Positions 1-12,769 of a DNA stretch of 64,000 nucleotides are shown in pieces. Under the pieces are notes generated by a model. It saw only the letters and a program-made list of their open reading frames with translations. It was not told where the DNA came from and did not search any database. Position 1 is the first letter of the stretch; each line of letters opens with the position of its first letter. This DNA comes from Patellaria atrata CBS 101060 (taxonomy: Eukaryota). The position numbers were made by a program, and so were the translations under genes. The stretch covers positions 593,121 to 657,120 of the forward strand of contig MU006103.1 in NCBI GenBank assembly GCA_010093705.1. The letters are read 5' to 3'.

Positions 1-563
1 GACCGATTGATGGTGGTGGTGGTTGTATATACTCCGCAGTCTATTCCAGTTGTCTCCCTCACTCTCTCCTCATAGCTCTAAACGCGTACCTTTCTCAAAT
101 TCCTCACATCGCTTTAAACTCTTATCGACAAATTCGTTTTTAATTTGTTTGAAAGTATTGAATGCGCGACTTTTCCAAGCTGCCAAGCGGTATCGAGATG
201 GCGATCCGCGCACCAAGTACGCCGTTTCAGGACATCAATTGCTTGAAATTCGTGCGAGACAGCGAACGGCCTCCTGAAGCGCGACCCCCAACTGATCCCA
301 GCGTCGAATCGTCCAATGTCCTTTCACACAGCAAGGAGCGTAGATCAATACTTTCATACTATTGTATTTCGTAGCGCGTGCGAAAATATTAAGTAGACTG
401 TCGCGCATCCGTATTAAGTTCTGTAGGAAAGAGTGGGATTGAGTCTGGTACCTTTCTCACTTCTCACCTCATCTTTATCCCGTCCCTCTAACCCGCAATA
501 TCATCATATTACGGTTACCCAACTTCGGAATCTCGTCCATGTTCCACCGATAGTCCTATCTCT

Positions 564-583
564 TATATATATATATATATATA
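564..583. repeat. (TA)n microsatellite upstream of the antiporter
   Basis: tatatatatatatatatata read directly. Confidence 0.85.
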
Positions 584-739
584 TTCATTGTAATGACATT
601 GTAACCTCAGCTGGTCTGATATTTACTGTTAACCGCCTTTGCGGATTTCTTTCTTCTTCTCCAACATAGAACTATACATCTATCATACACATTCTTTACT
701 TTTCATGTTCTTTGTCCTACTCGTAAGAAAGTCGCGACC

Positions 740-2786
740 ATGCCTACTCTTGATGTCAGCGAGCTTAACATTGTCATCGCCGTTCTAGGTACGTATATTT
801 AGAAAAGTGCTTCCAACAGCTTACTCTAACCAAATAATCCCAGGCGCTTTCATCATTGCATATGGCTTCATCTCAGTGAAGATCAAGCAGGTCTGGTACC
901 TAGGTGAAGCATGTAAGTTCATCGAGTTACTTGCATACAATTGACTGGACTGAACTATCTCAGTACCTGCCGTTGTTATCGGTATTATCCTAGGACCCAT
1001 ATCAGCAAAATTCCTGGACGCGGAAAAATGGGGCTCAGCAGAAGAAGGACAGCAAGAAGCTATCACTTTGGTAAGTAATCAGGGTAAACTTAACATGACC
1101 TTCTCCTAATAACTCTTCAGGGTCTCTGCCGAATCGTCATCGGCGTTCAACTAGTTATCGCCGGCTTCCAGCTTCCCGCCAAATATCAAAAGGCAAACTG
1201 GAGGGAGATGGCACTTTGTCTGCTCCCAGTCATGACCATCATGTGGATTTGCACCAGCTTATGCGTTTTGATCACCGTCCCCAAGATTTCCTTCCTGGCA
1301 GCTCTTGTCATTGGCTCGTGCGTCACCTGTACAGACCCGATTTTGTCGCAAGCTGTCGCCAAGGGACCTTTTGCAGATAAGTATGTCCCTCGTGCTTTGA
1401 GGGAGATCATCTCCTCTGAAGCCGGCGCAAACGATGGGTTTGGGTTTCCGTTCCTTCTGTAAGTCATCGTCTCTCTCTCTCTTTTATCTTCCGAACATTT
1501 CACCTAACATCTCTTTCGATTGGCCACATACCTCATCCGCCATGCCGAACTGGATCATGTCAAGTTCAAAGAGGGTGCTAGCGAACTAGCCCATCGCGCA
1601 GTCAGCATCCTCAAACGCGAAGAAGGCGTCGGTCGTCTAGGTGGAGGTGTTGCCAAGGCCATGGAACAGTGGATCGTTGAAGGTTGGCTGTATATCATCA
1701 TCATGTCTGTTGCAATCGGTGCAGTAGTCGGATTCGGCAGTATGTACGCGATCAAATTCGCTCTGAGAAAGAAGTGGATCGATTGCGAGAGCTTCCTTCT
1801 CTGGCCCATGGCAGTCGGCGTAAGTCACACAATTCTCGAATACAGCACACATGGGGTCTGACCTTTCCTCACAGCTCTTCCTCATCGGCATCTGCGGTGC
1901 GCTTGGCACAGATGACCTTCTCGCCTGCTTCGTTGCCGGAAACGCCATGAATTGGAACGGTCTGTACCTCGAAGAAGCGGAGAAACGGCACGACGAGGTG
2001 AACGGCTGCTTCGACGTGATTCTTAATTTCGGCGGCTTCATGTACATCGGTACAATCATCCCGTGGAAGGAATTTCACCTCCCCGAAGAAACCGGCATCA
2101 CAATCGGCAGACTCATAATCCTCGGCCTGCTCGTGCTAGTCTTCCGCCGCATCCCCGCCATCTTCATCTCCTACAAGCTCATGCCCCGATGCGTCAAAGA
2201 CTGGAAAGAGGCGTTGTTCATGGGCTATTTCGGCCCAATCGGTACGTTCCCACCCTCCCCCCAAACTAACCCACCCCATCGCTAACACACATAACCCCAA
2301 GGCATCGGCGCCGTCTTCTACGTCGAGCACACCCGCCACCTCTTCCCCAAACAAGGCACCGCCCTGACCGACGAAGAAGACCACCTCACCTCCGCCATGA
2401 TCCCGGTCGTCTACTTCCTCGTCATCTTCTCCATCGTCGTGCACGGCCTGTCCATCCCGGCGCTGAACGCCTTCTACGTCTACAAGAAGATCCCGCCCAT
2501 CTCCGAGGCCGAGCCGGCCGAGATCCGTATCCTCTCCGACACGCAGGCCCTACCCAACAACGCCTACAGCAACCCGAAGCGCAATTCCGTCATAATGCAC
2601 AATCGCTTCTCCCGACCCATGTCTATGGCGCCTCGGGGGCCCGGGCTGCAGCAGTGGTATTCGGGTAGGGATAGGGATAGGAGTAGGGACAGGGAGAGTT
2701 CGGACACGCTGGTCACGCATCCGCAGGAGATGGGGTATGCGGAGAAGCTTGACCATCTACGGCGGTACGGTGGGGGCGTCATCTGA
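740..2786 (+). CDS. Fungal Na+/H+ (cation/proton) antiporter, CPA1 family, Nha1/Sod2-like; multi-exon
   Basis: ATG at 740 (MPTLDVSELNIVIAVL). Hydrophobic exons carry TCTDPILS, SSEAGANDGFGFPF, GTDDLLACFVAGN, FRRIP, GYFGPIG and SIVVHG motifs, typical of fungal Na+/H+ exchangers. One intron acceptor is non-canonical (see findings). Confidence 0.9.
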
Positions 2787-3476
2787 TGCCGCTCTCAGGA
2801 CCAGCGCTCTGGGTGTCCTGACACCACATCTTGCTCGTGTATCTATCTAGACTATGTTCGTTGACGCGGGGAGGAAGTGGGAATGGCGACATGGGCCGAC
2901 ACTCATTTGAACAAAAAAGGACATGGATAGAGAGGTGCGGATAGAAGAGTGGAGTTGGATTCGCTCGCTAAGTAAGTGGTCGGGTATCGCTTTCGCTCGC
3001 CACCCCGTCTTTCCTGCCTCATTGCAGGGTTAAATTCTGTCGCTCGTTATGTATAGACTTTTTGTCTTTTATGGAATCCGATGTGCTGTATATATCAACG
3101 AGTAGATGTTCTGGGAATCAGTAGGCTTCGTAAAATATGATTCAAGTATGCACGTTTGGTTATATATTTTGTGTTTTGGGTTCCTTGACGGGCTTGCGAG
3201 TTGTGCTCTCACTTTCAGTCGCGCATACTCGTATCATTCATGCGTCGCTTGTATTCCCTATTTTTCGTCTACTCTACCTTTTTATACTCTTAAGTTTTTA
3301 TACTCTACCTTTCTAACACTCCGCCTTCTTACACTCTTCACTGTTCTTTAGGGTGTTAAGCTTCGAATGTATCCAAGTTACACCGAGTCCTATCACTATC
3401 AACTAGTTCCATTACCTCTACCTCTATACTCAAGAACATCCTATCCCACTGCCACCACCACCACCACCATCAACAC

Positions 3477-6400
3477 TCACAGCTCCAGGTCCCCTTCTAA
3501 CAACAGATTTCTCGAGCTGGCGCCCACGAACACCCGTTTCGGATAATCCGAGATCCTCCAATCCTGCGCCGCGGTATCCCAATTACTGAGATCCCTCCTC
3601 GTAATCGTGCCCTCGAAAACCGCACTCTCCCCAGCCGCAATAGCCAGCCTGTCGAAATTCCTCAATATGACTTTCGGGTCATCCGGCCCGCCTGGCGAAA
3701 TATATAACTGCGCTATCTCTTCCCCATCCACGTCTCCCGTGTTCGTGATGGTGGCGCGCACCGTGAAGAGCACGTCCCACAGCTGGGGATTACCGCCGGG
3801 GGCGCCGGATGCGGGGAGGACGGGCTGAGGTGACGCGTCTGCTATACCCTCGGGCAGAAACTCGGCGGGGGTCATGCCGTAGTCGGAGCCGTTGTAGGAT
3901 TCCGCCAGATCGGTGCTGGTGAGGTAAGGGTAGATGTGGAAGGGGATTTTCCTGAAGCCGTCTGGATATAGATACTCTTCCATATCCGGGTTGGCGGATT
4001 CGTTCCTCAGCAGTGGTGCAGGTTGTGTCATGCCGGTTCGTGGCTGATACGGGGCGACGTCGTGTTTTTCGATTGTGAGGTCGGAGTAGGTGAAGGTGGT
4101 GTAGCTCATTCCGAAGCCGAATTCGTAGATAGGGTCGATGTTGTCCCTATCGAAGGCACGGTAGTCGATAAAGACTCCCTCGTCGAAATCCTGCTGGGGT
4201 GCGTCATTACCATTATTAGGAGTATATATAATACTAGTGGGATAGTCTTCAGGTGACTTGGCGATGGTGAAAGGAAGCTTTCCGCCTGGGTTAATACGGC
4301 CGTAGAGAACGTCGGCGATGGAGTTGCCGGATTCTTCGCCGGGAAGTCCTGCCCAAAGGATGGCTGTTACGTTGGGGTTATCGTAGAAGGAATCTACCAT
4401 TACTGCGCCGACTGTGTGCATTACCACGATTGTGTTATTGCAGACGGAACTTACGGTCTTGATTAGTTCCTCTCCACCCTGCCATAGCGTTAGGTTAGAC
4501 CGATCACCTTCATTACCATCAACACTGATAAAACCCTCTCCGCTGTTGGCATTTATGAACACAATAGCAACTTCGGCCGGAGTTGCCTCCCTTGCAACGG
4601 CTTCCAACGCATAATTATCGGTTATAGCGGAGATATAACCGTCATATGCACGAACCTCGTTCTGAATTGCGGTCAGGGGAGAGATTATGAAAGGAAAGTC
4701 GGCGGTTCCAGATCCCCACCCGATGGCGAGTGTTCCATTATTACAACCACGGAAAAGGCAGCCGTTGGGACCATAGGACGAATCCTCAGCATCTTCTCCG
4801 ATCACGACGGTATTCGATTCGCGTCCTGTTAGAGGAAGAGCTCCGTTATTCTTAAGCATGACAGTTGACCTGGCAGCGGCCTCTCGAATATGTTTTGCAT
4901 GACCTTCACGCATTTCAATAAATCACTCTTATAATTGAGTCTGGCGATGACGAACTTACCTTCACGGACGTCGATATGTTGGTTAATCGTTCCATAGTCA
5001 AGACCAGCAAGGGCGAACTGATAGCCATTGGTAGCCTTAGACCATGAGTTGAAATTGGGCGTAACATCATCTGTATCTCGGCCAACGTAATAATACGAAG
5101 CCATGATACGTGTAGCCATGTCGTCAAGGCGCCATTCCGGTAGTGTACCGTTGAGAACAGCAATTGTCATGTTCGTGCCCTAAATTCGATTAGCATCTTG
5201 CAGATTTGGAATAAGCGATGAGTATTACCCAGAACGAATCGCCAGTTCCATAATAGCTGTCGCCTGGCATGCTTACGTCCAAACCAGCCACAGCCGCACT
5301 CACGCCTGAGTGTTGTGCTACCCAATCGCTCAGGATGAACCCTTGGAAACCTAACTCGCCTTTGAGGAGATGATTGAGGGTATAACTATTTTGGCAAGAG
5401 TGGCTGTTGTTTACTTGATTATGAGCACACATTACGGCGCCTGCGCCAGCCCGAATTGCATCAGCAAATGGCCTGACGTACTTGGTCAGCAAGGATACAG
5501 CTATAAAGTTCGATCAGTAACTTTCACGTACCAGAGATATAGTTCATGCATGGCCACATCGCCAACATTAGCACTTAAAGCATTTGTGATGTTATAGCCG
5601 AATTGGAATGCTTCGGGAAGGGTACGAAAGTGTTCTTGCTCATTGGCGAGATAATGTTTGGGACAAGAGATTACTCCGGCATCCTGCATTCCACGTACTG
5701 TCATCGCAGCTGCGATTCCTGAGAGAGACGGGTCTGGACTGAAGGCTTCCCAATTCCTGCCACCTGCTGGAGACCTACCCAAAGGTGAAATGACTGGTCC
5801 GAGTAGGACATCTACACCTTTGAGACGATGTTCCGTGCCTACATCGTATCCTCGTTGATACCAGAGCTTTCGATCCCAGGATGCCGCTACAGTGCCTCCC
5901 GCTGGGAATACTGATGCATGATCGGCTGCTCATCATTAGATCCAATCTAAGGATACATTTCTTTTTTAGAGTGCGTCGCATACCTTGTATGACACCGTGG
6001 GTAGAAACTTGCAGACACAATCCATCCATTCCTAATCTAGGCACTCCGCCAACATGACCGAAGCATTTCCCAGCTTGCCAACTGTTATTATTAGTTACTG
6101 CACGGAACTTATAGACGGGTTATCGACTCACCCAATGCCGGTAGTAAGATTGACCTTCTCCATCAAGGTCAACTGAGCGACAAACTCCTGGGCTCTTTGA
6201 TAGGCATCGCCCCAATCACCAGAACCGTCAATCCAAGGTGATGGATATTTCGGAGGCGAATATGCTCCCCACAGAGGTCCGTGAGTAGTGTCATCCTACG
6301 CTGGTCAATACAGATTGTTCTATCCTTGCAGTACCAAGATAGCGTGAGTGAAGCAAGTGAAAGATATCAAGCGGACAAGATGGACAGTTCGTGTAAAGTA

Positions 6401-6488
6401 TTCTGGGCTTTGATGGAGCACGTACGTTCTCTTGAGCACAAGTCAGGCCGAGAGAGAGCAAGACAGATGAAGCATGGAGAAGCTTCAT
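3477..6488 (-). CDS. Secreted glycoside hydrolase family 3 (beta-glucosidase BglA/Bgl1-like) with C-terminal Fn3-like domain; multi-exon
   Basis: Signal peptide [62 protein letters not shown]; nucleophile motif GFILSDW; NSGEG acid/base region; [13 protein letters not shown]-terminal VGASSR. Confidence 0.93.
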
Positions 6489-9230
6489 GATGAACGAGGA
6501 AGAAGGCCGTGAGGGTAATACAGAACTTGGGACTTGGGAAGACGCTTCACAGATCCATATAGCTCTAAAGATCAGTAGGACCTTATCAGGCGACGGCTGC
6601 CTTGAAGTACTCTCTTTCGGAGCTAGGTCTCTACTGCTCAATAACCATAGTCCGGAGAGTAGACGTCAGGAAGTCAAACTCCCAAGACCAACGAAGACAG
6701 CCGAAGCGTCAAGTTTATGGACAGTACAACGCATCCTTCGGACTCAGTGTTGGGAGTTCAGCGTAAATGTTAGATGGTTCAAATTTCAGAAGAGCGTTTA
6801 ACCGTTGGCGAATGTGCAGAGCATTGAAAAGTGAGGTTACTCAACATGAGGCCTGACATATATACGGCATCCTTTTCGCTTAAGCCTACAGACCGTTAGT
6901 AAGGTACCGTGAGTAGATTGGGGGATTAAGCGAAAGGATTCCCTCAAACTACTGAGTGAGGTGATGCTTAAGGTAGAGCATTACCTTATAAAGCTGAGGT
7001 GGTGAAGCTCATGGTTCGCTAAGGTGAGGTCGGGTAAGCTCGTGGCTTAATGACATCTCTCAGCTACAGGAATCTGGAATCTGAGGTTTTTTACGGTAGT
7101 TGGGGGTTCCTGCCAGGCATGCTTTTTCTCCACAATCCCCCGCAAAGGGAAGTCGCATTACCTTACCTTATGTGCTTATGTTGAGCCAAAACGGGCAATG
7201 ACGAACAGACTAAAAAGATCTACTCAAATGGAAGCTACTACTGTACCTAGACCGGGTGGAAACTGGAAACGGGAAGCCACGTGGGGTGTGAGGCGTGCCT
7301 TCCATTGCAATACGTTACCTTACCTTTATGGCCCCGGACTACCGGTGGTCCGGTAAGCTACCTGTGTACCCTCAAAGTCGGAAAGTGCACCTCAGTACCT
7401 GAGAGCTGCCATGAACACCAAGGCTTCCACTTCCTTGGCTCATCCCTGCCCCCTCAGTCCGCAAGACAACCTAAGGTAAGGAAACCAGGTTAAGCTTAGG
7501 ATTCATCGAGAATTCACAGGCGATTGTGGGAGTGTTGAGCATCATACCGCATTATCGGGATACTATCAAGGGAAATAAAGGTACGATGAGTTTGATAGTC
7601 CCAATTAATTCCCAAGGAAACGGGACGGACCGTGGAGTATGATACCGCTCAGGATCGCGACGGGACCTCGAGTTCTCACAACTTACCTTAAGATATGCTG
7701 CATCGTAAAAGTGTTGCATATGCAGCCATCGCGTCGGGCCGTCACTCTTTACACCCGACAGTAACGCCCATTTCGACTATTTCCAGTATGTAACTTGGGC
7801 TGTACAGTAAAGCACATCCTAGTTGAACTTCTTCCAATCCCCGGCTGGATTCTTATATTCCTGATAGAATTCGGATACCCAGGCGCGGGCATTGTTTAAG
7901 ACTGGCTTATCAAATCCCGATATAACCGTATAAGCCTATCATCGAGTTCGATTTCTTAGAGTGGTGCGAATTTACCGTGCACGTGCGCCAGAGATGGCTT
8001 GCTATCGGATGGCGCTCGACACTCCAAGGGGCAGCCCGAATGCACGTTTTGCAGGAACGAGGGCCTGGGAACGAGAATAACCGCGGATCTGCTCATCTCT
8101 AACATAAGGTAGAAACGCTATTCCAGTTCGGAATGTGTGTCTTCCGGCGATAAAAGACACCCCGATTGAGACGATAGACGTTTGCCAGCCGCAGCTCCAA
8201 AAAGTACATTGGCCGCTTCATGCCGACGGATGTCGGATCCTATCACCAGTTCGTGTTTTCTCTAACCGAAGAATAGTGGTAGGCATACAAGTATAGATAC
8301 TATTCAAATAGAGAGTGTAAGCCTATAAGACCATATAAAGCGTCTGGTAGCTGGCTTCTTCCGTTGCTGCCACGTACATGGTCTGGCTTGTCTTGTCCTC
8401 CAGCGAAATGCAACCCTTAGAGTGCCTTACTGGTAGCGCACGCAGTTAATAGACAGCTATTGACGGACGGTGGTGCACTGAACGAGGAGTTGACAGACCA
8501 CGAGCAGCGAGTTCTTGGGTAGTACTCTAGAGAATAGTGGTACGCTATCGCCGTCGCCATCGTACGCAGAAGCATCTCTAATGGGAATAAATGTGCTAAC
8601 GGGATACTATATTAGACGATGTGAGCGGAGCTCGCCTCCTTTCTATTAAATCTGTCCAATTATACAGAATTATTGAGAATGTCTTTATCCAGTGGAGCGT
8701 ATACTTTTGAGCAAGTTGTGGACCAGGTCTGATTACGTAAGAAGTTGATGGTGACGAGACCGGGTGGTAGTCAATAACTAGCCGGGTAAGAGACTGATTG
8801 CGGAGAGAAGAGCGGAGTAGACGATCAAGAGATGGAGAAAGTCTTCCATAACCTCTATGACCGTAAATTACTACAAGCTCTACACTTGCTGGAGACGAGA
8901 TACAGGGTAACACTGGGCAGAATATTTGGAACAGATGCTAAAGCGGGTGGTAAAATAGACGGTTGTATGGGGTGCATACTAAATGAGAAAGGACTAAGAG
9001 CGTACAAGAAGAAAGGCTCACTGTTATATTCTCTGGATTCAACCAGCTGTTGGAATACTTAGTCGACACAGGATCTTTTCTTACCTCCAGGGAACTATGA
9101 TTTGCGCGATAAACTCTAGGGACGGCCCACAGAGGAGACACAGTGACGCAGGAGCTATGTGGTACTGCGTCAGAGCGTACAATATATAGAAGCCGGCTAT
9201 ATCATTCCTTAACACGGTCTCTATAGCAAT

Positions 9231-11368
9231 TTATATCAGACTCATCCACCTTGCTAAAGAATCTTCCGTATCATCGTCAAGCCTTGTCCATTTCAACCCC
9301 GAGAACCGCGGCGAATCCCGTTGCGTGATTAGTTCCCCGTTCGTGATGCCGTGGAGATAGCATGGCCCGATGAATTGAAGCGTACCCTTAAGTAGCTCGT
9401 CCTTGTATTTCACCTTTTCTGCAGGTCGAACAACATATGGCACATAACAGCCATTGAAGATGACAATGACGTCGCCACTCCGGATATCTTTTGGAGCAAG
9501 TCCTGTATATCCTTCCAAAATGACGATCAAACGGGTAAGGAGGAAAATATTAGCCAAGTAGTCGAGAAATCCACTGGCAATCCTGCCCCCCGTAGATATT
9601 GGTCTGGACTCTCCTCCTAATGACTTGAGGAGGACGTATTGAAATATTTCCCCGGTTGGTGCAAAGGAATGTACAGCGAAGCAATTCCAGACTGCGGTCA
9701 GCCAGGGTAAATTACCTTGTTCCAGATGACTGAGACTATATAACTTTGGGTTCTGTGCTAGGAGAAATTCCGCCTCAGGACAATCGCTGGTTTCACATGT
9801 TCAACGTTTTAGTTAGGATCAGCCACGCCGGTTCTGAAATGGGTTGAAACACACAGTCTGGAGGAGGGGAAGTTATTTGTTGTAGCAGATTGATGAGCGA
9901 AAAGTAGAAAGCAGGGTCATTTTCTCAGTCCCGTAGGGGTTTCCCATTATATTTAAAACTGATACTCTTTATAATATCGAAGAGTTCGCCCGTGACATGC
10001 ATCATATTGACCACTTCTGGATCCGGGATGAAGCAGAAAGGGATATCTATGGCAGAAGAATAACCTCCACTGAATGGCGAACTCCACGCATCCTTGAACG
10101 ATGGGCGAAATTCAAGTACCCAAGAGGGCAAATAGTTACGATCGGTGATATCGATTAGCTGATGTTGATCATTCTCGATACAAATCTGGGCATATTTAGG
10201 GTCTATGTCGCGTTGTCTTCGGCATAGTCCCGCCGAATAAATTTGCGTAATTGGGGAATACCTCCTCGCGAATTCAGTATAAGCTTCCGCGAAGGTTTTG
10301 CTATAATCCGGAATCATCGAGTATGGAGATTTCGTCATTGCCAGCATTGCATACATTCTATCGCGATCATCGGAATAACCCTTGCTGCTCATTTGCACAG
10401 AGCAACTCCGGTGAGGAAGTGATGGTCCCTGTCAGTATATTTGTCCAAAAGTCTTAAAATGTTCCGGTGCCGTAAAAGTTCCCAGGTGGAGCAGACAACA
10501 TTCAACCTGGATCGCTCTTCTCCCACTGGCATTTGTCTCAAGCCTCCGCGAAGTATTTCCAAGGCGTGAACGGAGGCAGTCCAGACCATCCTGGAAAGTC
10601 CACAAGATACAACCAGCTTGGCGGAGAAGATTACTTCTTGAACAACCCATACTCTGTCAAACCACGAGCAAAAGAGGAGAAGGCGAACGTGAGATTTAAG
10701 TGCATCTTGAACGAGACTTCCCGCTTCGGCATCGGGAATGCTCAAAGAAGGCCAGCCCATGATCCATCGAGGCCGATCAACTTTATCACTGATCCCATAG
10801 GGTTTCGCATTCGATGAGAGATTTACCATGAAGGCCATCGCCTTTGTCGCCCATGTTCAGTGTACGTGAGCCATGTTTGCACTGTTTTTGCCTTACTGTA
10901 AATTTCAGCTATGATAGCGACTTGTTGAGTTTTCTCGACCGTGTCCGCTTGATTAATGCATACAGCGTCCGCCCACAGTACCCTGTTGCGGTCAGAATAA
11001 CTGTACGCCATAAGTGCAGCATACAGATTTTTAGTGATCCTTTAAACTTGATTTTCCAAGTAGAGCGCTCGGTTGAACTAAGCATATTCGCCCCACGCGT
11101 AAGAGATAGCGTCATATTCACATTGTCCGTCAAGTTTGTGAACCTTGAGACAGTCTCTTAACCTTGATAGATCATTTAAGGGGGCCTCTAGATGGAGGAG
11201 CCGAATATAATCTGGGCCAGGAAGTGGAGGATATTCGAATTCCCTCGAACACTCGTACGGAGAGGATGTCTCTTTTAGATGGACTCCTTCCCAAGCGTTT
11301 AACCTCATACGGTAGAAGGACGTAAAATTGCTTACTTCCGCTGGACGGTTATGTATCAGAGGAGACAT
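9231..11368 (-). pseudogene. HET-domain (HET-6-like) gene, disrupted
   Basis: IRLLHL, YDAISYAWG, LWADAVCINQAD..EK..QV, WFDRVWVVQE, DDRDRMYAML, LPSW and GPCYLHGITNGE motifs are spread across several frames. In-frame TAG (11078-11080) and TAA (11042-11044), and frameshifts near 10840 and 10395. Confidence 0.88.
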
Positions 11369-12769
11369 CTGTTTCGAGATCCGGCTCAGTCTTCTCTCCC
11401 GTTCATCTCGTCGATCCCATTCTGTATTTTTTCGAGTTACCTGGCAACCCCACCTCCACGATGCCGTTGGGGTTATTAGTTCAATAAAAGCCGGTCAACT
11501 TTTTAGATCGCTATGTTGCAGTTGTAGTCCTGTACTGATCGGTTTAGTGGATAACTAGTTGTATAGACTGCTCCGCCGTCGTTTTCGGTCGCTCTGCTAC
11601 GGTGGAACTGGTACGTATCGTTCGCACACTTGTCGTAGGTAGTGTTTTGAGTATTCCGCCCGACATGTGACCTTCCGTACGTCTGGTATAGTTGTACCCT
11701 AACTTGGAAGGTAGTTGAAGAATGGAACAACTGGTAAGCCCAGGTAGGTTCTGTATGAGAACTAGACTAATCCTCTTCTAGGTAGCTTCTTGAAGCGACG
11801 CGCCCTTTCCATCTTCATATTATAAACACCCCCTCTACACAACACCTTTGTAAACCTCTTGAATGGGTTGAGGGATCATAATCCGCGACGCATCTTTGTC
11901 TTTGCCATACCAATTTAGCCTTAAAATGCTCTATCGATCTATACCCGATCAGCCGTCATTAAATCCCTGGAGCAGTCCAACCTCGCGAGACCTCTTTCTC
12001 AGTCTGTGTAGCTAGCTCTATCATCCGTAGGTACATTCCCACAAGAAGACCAGAACAGAGCAACGGCTCGATCGCGCAATCGCAACTGATTGCGAGAGGC
12101 AATATACAAGCCTATCAACGCATGTCCTAGAGTAGACACTGAGGATCCTTCAACAGGTGATGGATGACAGTTAAGATTTATTCCCAGCTGCGACAGAAAT
12201 CATCTAGCAGGGCAATGAATTACGACGGGAAACCAGAAAGAACAATAAACGATAACCTGTTAGGAAGAATAGAACGAGCTTGGAACACAGTCACAAGCTT
12301 GATGAGTAGAGGTGCTCTCTGAGCAGAACATTCAAGAGTCCCGTCTCGTAGAGATATCTCCAATGATGTTTCCAGTAGTGTCTCGACCTAAAAGCCCTTC
12401 TTCTTGCTGTTCTGTATAAGTTCAAGCTTCGATGTCCTTGGAAAACTTGATGACTCGAGAGGACTGCGTAACGCACTTTTCGGAGGTCTAAGCACTTAGA
12501 TGCAGACTCAGTTGTAACGTCTGTTGCGATTTATCACGAAATCATGGATGAGAGTGATATGCTCAAGTGGATGCTGCACTACGGTGGGTGTGTCTCACTT
12601 TGTAAGAGGCTAACAATACACTGGTGAGACCCCCTCGGTATTTTGTAAAATCTATAGTAAAAGTCTCGTCAACTTTAACACTACCTTGGAGCTAAGTAAG
12701 CCCATTTCCGAGCCCTAGGAGGTATCTAGAAACGAATTGATACTACGGTAATATAACAAACCGTTTCTC

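Noticed and set aside
23..669. Short ORFs upstream of the antiporter
   Set aside because: No motifs, and one runs through a TA microsatellite. Probably promoter or UTR.
2664..2698. G-rich repeat (gggtagggatagggataggagtagggacaggg) as a G-quadruplex or telomere-like tract
   Set aside because: It lies within the antiporter CDS and is explained by an Arg-Asp low-complexity tail.
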